Shown here: positions 29,036 through 37,600 of the stretch, piece by piece | Layout: the number at the start of each line of letters is the position of its first letter | Numbering within the stretch: the first letter of the stretch is position 1 | NCBI GenBank assembly: GCA_965242525.1 | Contig: OZ251459.1 | Location: 32,001 to 96,000 of the forward strand | Direction of reading: 5' to 3' | DNA from: an uncultured Candidatus Binatia bacterium | GTDB lineage: Bacteria; Desulfobacterota; Binatia; UBA9968; JAJDTQ01 | DNA: 64,000 bases | The notes under the pieces: generated by a model | Database searches by the model: none | What the model was told of the DNA's origin: nothing | Seen by the model: the letters and a program-made list of their open reading frames with translations, nothing else | Position numbers and translations under genes: made by a program

Positions 29036-29461
29036 ATGAGGAAAGACGTTCTGAGGAAGTTCCGGGAGACCCTCCTCGGCATGAAGGGACAGTTGCTGGA
29101 GGACCTGCCGGACCGGCTCAAGCACGAGGTGGACAGGTCCAAGGACGAGGGGCGCGACACCTACGACTTGGCCAGCGACGAGCGGGACCGCGAGATCAAC
29201 ATCATACTCAACGACCGCGAGAGGACGAAGCTGATGGCCATCGAGGACGCGCTGCTTCGGCTCGGCGAGGGTTCCTACGGTATCTGTGACGAATGCGGCG
29301 AGGAGATCGGCGTGGGCCGCCTGAAGGTGATGCCGTTCACGCGGTTGTGCGTGCGCTGCCAGGAGGATCTGGAGAAAGAGTCCCGCATGATGAAGAACTC
29401 CGACGAGGACCGGACCGTTCGCCGGCTCGCGGCGGCGGACACGGAGGAGGAGAGCTACTAG
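29036..29461 (+). CDS. dksA: DksA/TraR C4 zinc-finger protein
   Basis: DTYDLA (DxxDxA), GSYGICDECGEEI..RL...P.TRLCVRCQ. Confidence 0.88.
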   Translation: MRKDVLRKFRETLLGMKGQLLEDLPDRLKHEVDRSKDEGRDTYDLASDERDREINIILNDRERTKLMAIEDALLRLGEGSYGICDECGEEIGVGRLKVMPFTRLCVRCQEDLEKESRMMKNSDEDRTVRRLAAADTEEESY

Positions 29462-29532
29462 CGGCTTCGGTCCTGCGGGTCTTCTCGCGCGTCCGCAAGG
29501 GGACGCCGCCATCGGGAACCGGAGGAGACGCC

Positions 29533-29931
29533 ATGAAGTATTTCTTTTCCAGGGAAGAAGCCGAGGTCGTGCGCATCGAGGGCGAGGCCCCGCGCACCCT
29601 CTACCCGTGCGTCGGGCCCGGCACCACGGGCACCCGCCGCTTCTCCATGGGCCTCCAGGAAGTGGATCCCCACAGCGAGATCCCGTTGCATTCGCACGAC
29701 GAAGCCGAGGAGATCCTCTTCGTCGTCAGCGGCCGCGGGACCGCCACCGTGGGCGGCCAGACCGCGGAGATCGTTCCTGGGTCCGTCGTGTTCATACCGC
29801 CCCGGACCAACCACGGGTTCGTCAACGCCGAAGACGAGCCGTTGTGGTTGACCTGGACCTTCTCGCCCCAGGGCTTCGAAGGCTATATCCGCGGCGTGGC
29901 CCAGGGCACCGTACAACTCAAGACCGTATAA
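29533..29931 (+). CDS. Cupin domain protein
   Basis: PLHSHDEAEEILFVVSGRG, PGSVVFIPP..NHGF. Confidence 0.88.
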   Translation: MKYFFSREEAEVVRIEGEAPRTLYPCVGPGTTGTRRFSMGLQEVDPHSEIPLHSHDEAEEILFVVSGRGTATVGGQTAEIVPGSVVFIPPRTNHGFVNAEDEPLWLTWTFSPQGFEGYIRGVAQGTVQLKTV

Positions 29932-29932
29932 C

Positions 29933-30751
29933 ATGCTCGACGACAGGATCGGCTTCATCGGCGCCGGCAAGATGGGCAGCGCCATCATCAAGGGCCTGCT
30001 GCAGGCGGGCTTGGTGGATCGGAGCCGGTTGGCGGCGAGCGATCCGGTGGAGGCCCTGGGAAAGGCGCTGGTGGAGGAGACCGGCGTCCGCTTCGTGCAG
30101 GACAACGTGGGCCTCGTGGCGGAGTCCGACGTCGTGGTGCTGGCGGTGAAGCCCCAGGTCATGGACGGGGTCCTGCAAGAGGTCGCCGCCGCGGGTCCCG
30201 GCGACACCCTGTTCGTGTCCATCGCCGCAGGAGTGCCGCTGAGCCGGATCGAGGGGCTTCTCCCGGAAGGCGCGCGCGTGGTCCGGGTCATGCCCAACAC
30301 GCCCTGCCTGGTGGGCCAGGCGGCCTCGGCGTACTCCGGGGGGCGGTGGGCGAAGGGCGAGGACCTGGAGCGGGTGGGCCGGATCTTCTCGAGCGTCGGG
30401 GTCGCGGTCCCGGTCGAAGAGCACCATCTGGACGCGGTGACGGCGTTGAGCGGCAGCGGCCCGGCCTATGTCTTCCTGTTCATCGAGTCCCTGGTGGCGG
30501 GCGGCGTCCGAATGGGCCTCGGCCGGGACGTGGCCCTGACCCTGGCGCTGCAAACGGTATATGGCTCCGCGGTCATGGCCCGCGGCGCAAAGGAGCACTT
30601 GGCGGAGTTGCGCGACGCCGTCACCTCTCCCGCCGGCACCACCGCGGCAGGCGTCCACGCCCTGGAGCAGGGGGCGTTCCGCGCCACGGTCATGGAAGCG
30701 GTGGAGCGGGCAACGGAACGTTCGGAGGCCCTGGGGCGCGGGGAGCGCTAG
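29933..30751 (+). CDS. proC: Pyrroline-5-carboxylate reductase
   Basis: GFIGAGKMG, LAVKPQ, RVMPNTP, SGSGPAY, VTSPAGTT. Confidence 0.97.
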   Translation: MLDDRIGFIGAGKMGSAIIKGLLQAGLVDRSRLAASDPVEALGKALVEETGVRFVQDNVGLVAESDVVVLAVKPQVMDGVLQEVAAAGPGDTLFVSIAAGVPLSRIEGLLPEGARVVRVMPNTPCLVGQAASAYSGGRWAKGEDLERVGRIFSSVGVAVPVEEHHLDAVTALSGSGPAYVFLFIESLVAGGVRMGLGRDVALTLALQTVYGSAVMARGAKEHLAELRDAVTSPAGTTAAGVHALEQGAFRATVMEAVERATERSEALGRGER

Positions 30752-30792
30752 TGGCCTGCGCCGGGCCACGGTGCGGACCGGAAGCCAACGGC

Positions 30793-31704
30793 ATGACTCG
30801 CCGCCGTCGGTTCCCCGTCCGTGTTGCGCTGCTCCTGGCCTGTTTCCTGTCCGGCGCCGCGCATGCCGCACCGCCCATTCCCGACATGGAAGAGCAGGCG
30901 GAGGAGCAGGCTCCCGACATGGGGAAGCAGGCCCTCGCCAGGATCATGGAGGCCCGCGGCAGCGCCCGGGCCAAGCGCTACGTCGAGGCGCTGATCCAAC
31001 TGAACGAGGCCGTCTCGCTGGCCCGGCAGGCGGAGGACGAACTGCCGCTGGCGTTGGCGCTCCACAACATGGCGGAGGTCCGGCGCCTCCGGGGCGAGAC
31101 CCTGGAGGCCCTGAAGGCGTACCACCGGGTCCTGGAAGTCTATGCCCGCATGGGCCACGCCGCGGGCGTCGAACTGGCGCAACGGCAGATCCGCTCGCTA
31201 TCGACGGTCTTCCGGCTGCGCGAGGACCGAACGAGACCCGAGGCCGCGACCCGGCCGAAAGCCCCCCTTTCGCCCATGGAGCAGGCGGTGGAGCGTATCC
31301 GGCAACAGGCCCGGGCCCGCGGCCGGGAGGACGTTCCCGCGGCGTCCGTCGAGGTGGCCTCCCCGGACCCGCAGCCTGCGGGAGGCAACCCACGGCAGTG
31401 GGCTTACGTGGAGTCCCTCCGCAGGAAGGTCCGCGGCAGTTCCAGGTACCCCGATTTCGCCAGGCGAAGCGGCCAGCAGGGGACCGCGGCCGTCGTCTTC
31501 ACGGTCCGGGAAGACGGCAAGGTGGAAAGCCTGGAGATCCTGAAGTCCTCGGGCTTCACCGTCCTCGACGTGGAGGCCCTTCGCAACGTGAGGGAGTCCG
31601 CCCCCTTCGGTCCCGTGCCCCGCGGCCAAGCCGTTCCGGATCCCCTGACCGTTCGCCTGACCTTCCGCTACCGGCTGTCGGGCGCGGACGGCGCTTCGCC
31701 TTAG
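30793..31704 (+). CDS. TPR-repeat plus TonB C-terminal domain protein
   Basis: Signal peptide, TPR-like helices (LALALHNMAEVRRLRG), YPDFARRSGQQG, KSSGFTVLDVEAL. Confidence 0.75.
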   Translation: MTRRRRFPVRVALLLACFLSGAAHAAPPIPDMEEQAEEQAPDMGKQALARIMEARGSARAKRYVEALIQLNEAVSLARQAEDELPLALALHNMAEVRRLRGETLEALKAYHRVLEVYARMGHAAGVELAQRQIRSLSTVFRLREDRTRPEAATRPKAPLSPMEQAVERIRQQARARGREDVPAASVEVASPDPQPAGGNPRQWAYVESLRRKVRGSSRYPDFARRSGQQGTAAVVFTVREDGKVESLEILKSSGFTVLDVEALRNVRESAPFGPVPRGQAVPDPLTVRLTFRYRLSGADGASP

Positions 31705-31708
31705 CCTC

Positions 31709-32028
31709 CCTCTGCACAATCGGGACAGGGGCATGAGCGCATCCTTCGACTTCGCTTCGCTACGCTCAGGATGAACGGAAGGCTCCGCTTCGCTACGCTC
31801 AGGATGAACGGAAGGCTCCGCTTCGCTACGCTCAGGATGAACGGAAGGCTTCGCTTCGCTACGCTCAGGATGAACGGAAGGCTCCGCTTCGCTACGCTCA
31901 GGACGAATGGAAGACTCCGCTTCGCTATGCTTCAGGATGAACGGAGGACTTCGCTACGCCAGGACGAACGGGGACAGGGAGGGCAGGTGAGGGAATCCAT
32001 CCTGGAGGCTCGATTGTCCAGAGGTTCC
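31709..32028 (+). repeat. MITE-like element with about seven tandem 33-bp copies of the REP core
   Basis: Unit GCTTCGCTACGCTCAGGATGAACGGAAGGCTCC; bounded by CCTCTGCACAATCG and CGATTGTCCAGAGGTTCC. Confidence 0.85.
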
Positions 32029-32059
32029 CCTGCCTCCCGCGGGAGGACGCGAGGAGCCT

Positions 32060-32875
32060 TCAGCGGCTCGGGTCCGCAAGCGCAACGGGTTCGATGGCGG
32101 TGAGCCGGGCCAGGGCGAACCCGTGGCCCGGGTCGAGTCGAAGGGCGCGGAGGTAGTGGTCATCCGCTTGTCCGTGGAAGCCCAGGGCGGTTGCGTTGCG
32201 CGCCCGCAAGACATGGATCTCCGCAAGCCACCGGGCATCCGCGGCGAGCATCGGTTCCGCCGCGTCGAGGAAACTGAGGGATGGCCGGTGCTCCCCGAGG
32301 GAGTAGTGGGCCTGCGCCACGAAGTAGTGGGTGTAGGGGTTCGCCGAGTCCATGCCGATGGCCTGCTCGAACGTCGCCAGCGCCTGCTTGTACTGCCCGC
32401 GTCCCAGCAGCAGCCGGCCCTGCTGCACGAGCTTCATGGACGCGGTCCTCTGGGGCGGTGCGGCGCCGGCAACCTCGGGCAACCGCGGCAACTCGTAGGA
32501 AGCCCCGGAGCCGCCCAAGTCCTCCGGGTTGGCCTCCATGACGGGCGTCGGTTCCAGGGGCGCGGACACGAGCGGCCCGGGCATCGCCGCGGGCTCCCGG
32601 CCTGTCCCGGCAGGCCCGGTTTCGCGGACCCGCGGCGCCGGTTCCCGGGCGGTCTCGGACAGGTCCTCTTCCCGGATGGTCCCCTGGCGCAGGAGCGGGG
32701 ACGCTGCGGCGTCATCGGGGGCCGGCGCGCTCTGCGAAAAGCCCGTTCCGCACGCGAGACACACGGCCAGGAACACCGCCCCCGCGGTCAACCGCCTCGG
32801 GGTCCCTTTCCCCGGGGCGCCGTTCGCATGGCCCGATGGCGCCGCATCCACCGCGGTTTGCCGCAAGGGTGTCAC
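32060..32875 (-). CDS. Exported tetratricopeptide-repeat protein
   Basis: C-terminal TPRs (QQGRLLLGRGQYKQALATFEQAI, PYTHYFVAQAHY); GTG start overlaps the upstream stop. Confidence 0.7.
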   Translation of the reverse strand: MTPLRQTAVDAAPSGHANGAPGKGTPRRLTAGAVFLAVCLACGTGFSQSAPAPDDAAASPLLRQGTIREEDLSETAREPAPRVRETGPAGTGREPAAMPGPLVSAPLEPTPVMEANPEDLGGSGASYELPRLPEVAGAAPPQRTASMKLVQQGRLLLGRGQYKQALATFEQAIGMDSANPYTHYFVAQAHYSLGEHRPSLSFLDAAEPMLAADARWLAEIHVLRARNATALGFHGQADDHYLRALRLDPGHGFALARLTAIEPVALADPSR

Positions 32876-33018
32876 AACAGTATCACCGCCAGCACCGTGC
32901 CGAGGGCGAACGGCACCAGCGCCGCCGGCGGCAGGTTCCCGCTCACCGTGTCGAGGACCACCAGCAGCGACAACCCGATGAAGACGAGACCCGGATAGGT
33001 CACCACGAATTCGATCAT
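32872..33018 (-). CDS. Small two-TM membrane protein (48 aa)
   Basis: MIEFVVTYPGLVFIGLSLLVVLDTVSGNLPPAALVPFALGTVLAVILL; GGAG RBS; GTGA overlap. Confidence 0.55.
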   Translation of the reverse strand: MIEFVVTYPGLVFIGLSLLVVLDTVSGNLPPAALVPFALGTVLAVILL

Positions 33019-33074
33019 GGCCAAGGCCCGACCGCTCCCCAGCCCCGGAAGTGGCCCGCACCGCGTTCGGTCAC

Positions 33075-33293
33075 GTCCGAACATGGAGGATGGATTCCCT
33101 CACCCCGGCCATCCTGTCCCCGTCCGTCCTGAGCAAAGCATTCCATCCCCGTTCGTCCTGAGGATAGCATCCCATCCCCGTTCGTCCTGAGCGTAGCATC
33201 CCATCCCCGTTCGTCCTGAGCGTAGCGAAGCGAAGTCGAAGGACGCACTTTCCCACAAGGAGATGGAGTCCGAGCAGGCATTGTCCAGACGCC
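33075..33293 (-). repeat. Degenerate MITE copy with four tandem ~29-bp REP units
   Basis: CCCCGTTCGTCCTGAGCGTAGCATCCCAT repeats plus GGATGGATTCCCTCACCC. Confidence 0.75.
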
Positions 33294-33401
33294 TTACGCC
33301 ACATGCCATTGTGAGCGTCGGTTCCGGGGGTGTCAAGGCGAAGGACCGGAGCGCGCCGGAGGCAGGACGCGACCGCCGCCTCGGCTCGACCCTCCGGCCT
33401 G

Positions 33402-33467
33402 TTGACTCCAAGTCCACGATAAGGCGATAATGGAATCAACAATTCCATTTTGCGACCTGAAATGGAA
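33402..33467 (+). promoter_or_regulatory. Promoter with overlapping palindromes upstream of AAA-DUF4143
   Basis: TTGACT-18bp-GATAAT; ATGGAAT/ATTCCAT and TCCATTT/AAATGGA inverted repeats. Confidence 0.45.
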
Positions 33468-34643
33468 CTGATAAGTCGATTCTTCCAAGTCCCGGACCGG
33501 AGTTTCTTTCTGTTCGGTCCCCGCGGGACCGGCAAGTCCACGTGGTTGCGTCACCGGCTGCCCGACGCCTTGCACCTCGACTTGCTGGACCCGGAGTCCC
33601 ATCGCAGCCTGAGCGCCCGTCCCGAGCGCCTCCGGGAACGGCTTGCGGGTTCGCCCGGCAAGACGACGGTGGTCATCCACGAGATACAGCGCGCGCCGGA
33701 GCTGCTCACGGTGGTCCACGCCCTGCTGGAGGAGCCGTCGCCGCCCCGGTTCGTGCTGACCGGGTCCAGCGCCCGCAAGCTCCGCCGCGGCGGCGTGGAC
33801 CTGCTGGGGGGCCGGGCGGTGCAGTGCACGCTGCATCCCTTCATGGCCGCGGAGTTGCCTGCCTTCGACCTGGAGCAGGCGTTGCGCATGGGCCTGTTGC
33901 CCCTGGCGGTGGGCGCGTCCGAACCGGCGGCCGTCCTCGACGCATACGCGAGCCTGTACCTGGACCAGGAGGTACGGGCCGAGGGGATGACCCGCAACGT
34001 CGGCGCGTTCACCCGGTTCCTGGAAGCCGTCAGCTTCTCCCACGGCGCGCAACTCAACGTCGCCGCGGTGGCCCGGGAGTGCCAGGTGGAGCGCAAGGTG
34101 GTGGCCGGGTACGTCGGTATCCTGGAGGACCTGCTGATCGCCTTCCGGCTGCCGGTCTTCCGCAAGCGCGCCAAGCGGGCCACCGCGACCCACGAGAAGC
34201 TCTACCTGTTCGACGCCGGCGTGTTCCGCTCGCTGCGCCCCAGGGGACCCCTCGACCGCCCCGAAGAGATGGACGGGCAGGCCCTGGAAGGGCTGGTGGC
34301 CCAGCATCTGCGGGCCTGGGCCGCCTATTCCCGGCAGGACGCGGGCCTGTTCTTCTGGCGCACCCGCGCCGGCGCCGAGGTGGACTTCGTGGTTTACGGC
34401 GAGTCGGGACTCCAGGCTTTCGAGGTCAAGAACGCCGACAGGGTCCATTCCCGCGACCTGCGGGCGCTCAGGACCTTTCGCGAGGACTACCCCGAAGCGG
34501 AAACCGCCCTGCTCTACCGCGGTCGAGAGCGCCTGCGCATGGACGGGATCTGGTGTCTGCCGGTCGCGGAGTTCCTGTGGCGGATGGCGCCGGACCGGGA
34601 CCTGCTGGATGTCCCTTCCTCCCGCGCCGGAAGATCAGGGTGA
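33462..34643 (+). CDS. AAA_14 ATPase with C-terminal DUF4143 (PD-(D/E)XK-like)
   Basis: GPRGTGKST, VIHEIQR (Walker B D->H), LTGSSA, KLYLFDAG, EVDFV..FEVK. Confidence 0.9.
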   Translation: MELISRFFQVPDRSFFLFGPRGTGKSTWLRHRLPDALHLDLLDPESHRSLSARPERLRERLAGSPGKTTVVIHEIQRAPELLTVVHALLEEPSPPRFVLTGSSARKLRRGGVDLLGGRAVQCTLHPFMAAELPAFDLEQALRMGLLPLAVGASEPAAVLDAYASLYLDQEVRAEGMTRNVGAFTRFLEAVSFSHGAQLNVAAVARECQVERKVVAGYVGILEDLLIAFRLPVFRKRAKRATATHEKLYLFDAGVFRSLRPRGPLDRPEEMDGQALEGLVAQHLRAWAAYSRQDAGLFFWRTRAGAEVDFVVYGESGLQAFEVKNADRVHSRDLRALRTFREDYPEAETALLYRGRERLRMDGIWCLPVAEFLWRMAPDRDLLDVPSSRAGRSG

Positions 34644-34680
34644 CGGCCCTGTTCCCGTGCGCCCCTGCTCGTCCACCGAC

Positions 34681-37600
34681 TCAACCGGCAGAAACGCCCC
34701 CGAGCGGTCCCACGCCGAGGACTTCCACGAGCTCGGCGACCACGGCCACGGCGTCCTCGTCCTCCTCCGCCAACTCGATGGGGGCGAACTCGCGGTTGAC
34801 GGGTTCGAGCACGATCCTGACGTGCCGCCAGCCGTTTTCGTCCTCGGCCTTCTCGCTGCGATAGCGCTTCACCGTGAAGCGAAGGCCGGTGTCCGGATCG
34901 ACCGCGTCGCGTAGCTGCACGAGCACCACGCGCCCCTGACGGGAGCCGGTCACGGGATGGGCGAACAGGCAGTAGGCGCCGTCGGGTATGGCGGGTTCCA
35001 TGGACCGTCCGACGACCTTCGCCGCGAACATCCCGGGACGCAGCGAGCGGTGTGTGTCGAGTTCCACCCAGTCCCATTCGGGATCGTCGGGTACGGATCG
35101 AGGGTTGCCGAACGCGCCTGCGGCCGCCTGGAGCGGCGCCAGCGGCACGCAAGTCACGTAGCGTGCAGCGGCCGTCGGCGTCACGAGCCGCAGCGTCCGT
35201 TCGTTCGCCGCCGCGGCGTCGTGGAACCAGGAGCGGTCGTCGCGCACGCGGTTGCGGACGTCGAGCATGTGGAGGTAACCGGCCAGGCGCCGGAAGTGCT
35301 GCACCATGGCGTTCTCGTCGTGGAGGTCGTTGGCGGCGACCTCGATCACGTCGTAGCCGTGGTTGCGCAGCCAGTCGCGGATGGCCCGGTCCCTTTCCGC
35401 GGTTTCGGGGTTGCCGTGGAGGGGGCGGCTCAGGCCGTCCAGGTAGATGCACACGCCCTCGTCCGGCTCGTGGTCCTCGGCGCGGTAGATCACGTCCGGC
35501 GTGGTGGTCCCCAGCGTCCGGTCCAGCCGCACCTGTTGGTTGCGAATTCCCTCGCCGAACCCCGCGGCGCGCAGCAGGTGGCGCAGCCGCGTTTCCGCGT
35601 CGTTGACGGGCATGGCGTCGGCCGCGGGCCTTTCCGCGGGTTGCAGCGGCGGGACGGGGTGCTCGAACGCGAGACGCGCTCCCCACGCGTCGAGCCGCTC
35701 ACCGGCGATCCGGCGATGGAGGAGATGGTGGTAATAGGCGTTGCGGAAGTTCTGGAGGCAGTCGATGCAGGAGGACTCGCACGCCCCGGCACAGTTCTCC
35801 ACCACATCCCGGGCCGCTCCCACGACTTCCGCGAACCGCTCGCACAAACGGTCGAGGAGGCCGGAGCCTCCGGGCATGGGGTCCCACAGCATCGCGTCCA
35901 CCTCCGGGCGCTCCACGTGGCCCATCACCAGTATCTGCAAGTCGTCCACGTGCATGTCCAGCACGTGGGTCGCGCCCAGTCGCAACGCCTCCAGCACGCT
36001 GTACCCGGTGGCGGCGTCGTCGCACGCGGGCAGCGAGAAGGCGTCCGCGGTCACGTCGGCGTAGAAGCCGATGTCTTCCGGGGCGCGCCGGCACCTTTCG
36101 GTATGGGACTTGCGGAACTCCTCGCGCTGGCGCTCGGACGAGAACGGCGAGACGCTTTGGCCGCACACCACGCAGACCGGGTAGCCGAACACTCCCCGTT
36201 TCCTGATGGAAGTCGAAGCTCCCACGTTGACGAGCCGCATCCGCACCCCCCGCCGCAACGACATGGGCCGTGTCCCCCAACGGTACGCTTGTCCGCCGCC
36301 GTGCTGGCCCAGCTCGAGTCCATGGACGGCGACGCCGAGTTGGAACCGCAGGTCCTCTTCGTCGGAGATGTGCGACGTGTGGACGAGGTCGGCGTCGCAG
36401 ATGGCCATGGTCCGCAGGGCTTGTCCGTTGAGGGAGGAACTTGCGTCCCCAGAGGCGGGCTTGACGGCTTGCCGTTCCGCGGAAACTTCGTAAACCGGCG
36501 TCTCGGCCTGCTCTTCGCCGAGGTCCCGGTGGAACCGCCGCGCTACGAAACGGTGGCCGTTGGCGTAGATGAGGTTGCCGGGAACGTATTCCCGCAAGGC
36601 CGCGGCAGGGGGTCGAGGCAAGCGGAAGTCCCTGGCGCCGGCGTGCCAGAAGGGGATCTCCGCCCATCCCACCACCGTGCCGACCTCGAGACCGTAACCG
36701 GGCAGGAAACCCTCGGCCGCCAGCACGTTGAAGGTGTTGGAGTCGTCGTGCCCCTCGGCCTGGCTGCGCCGCCGTTCCTGGCCCTTGAGGCGCTTCACGA
36801 ACCTGTCGCAACGGCGGAACAACGCTTCGTCCTCGGGGTCGAGGGCGCCTTGCCGCTCGCGCCGCTCGTCGAGCCGCGTGATCTGGTCCATGGCCCAACG
36901 CAAGCGCCGGCGCAGACGGGAGACGACGCTTTCCAGATGGTCGGCGAACGTGTCCACGTGGCCGCGGAGCGCCGCGGGTTTCGTCACGTCCTCGTCCTCG
37001 TCCGGCCAACCCTGGTCGAAGACCCGCCCCACGTCCGCGGCCAGGTCGGTTGCGTTGTCCCGCACGAGCTCGCGCAGGGCGCCGAAGTCGAACGGCGCGG
37101 TGCGCAGTTCGCCGTCCCGGAACAGGTACGGCTCCACGCGCCCGGGCAGGCAGCCGTCCAGGACGCCGCGGACCGCGTGGCGTTCCGTTTCCGGGCGGTT
37201 CGGGTCGCGGCCGTATCGGTGCAGCGCGCCGATGACGGTAGCGTGGACGTGCTTGGCCACCATGAACTCGTTGCGCAGGTTGAAGGCCGGGGGATCGATC
37301 CTGCCGGCGAGCAGCTTGGCGGGTTCGGCGAAGTAGGCGCGGTCATGGGACACGGGGCGGCAGTAGGTGACGTCCACCGCCATGCGATGGCGGCGTCCCG
37401 CCCGCCCGGTGCGCTGCCAGTAGTTGGCCGGCAGCGGCGGCACGTTGCGCATGAGCACCGCGTCGAGCTGGCCGATGTCGATGCCGAGCTCCAGCGTCGG
37501 GGTGCACACCAGGCAGTTCACCGCGTCGGTTGCGCCCTTGAACAGGTTCTCCAGGCGTTCGCGCTCGTCGTCGGGAACCATGGCCGTGTGCTCTTCCGGG

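Noticed and set aside
31741-31975. Possible CRISPR array, or the 110-aa repeat protein ORF 31771-32103
   Set aside because: Head-to-tail 33-bp repeats without spacers; the ORF is a by-product of a unit length divisible by three
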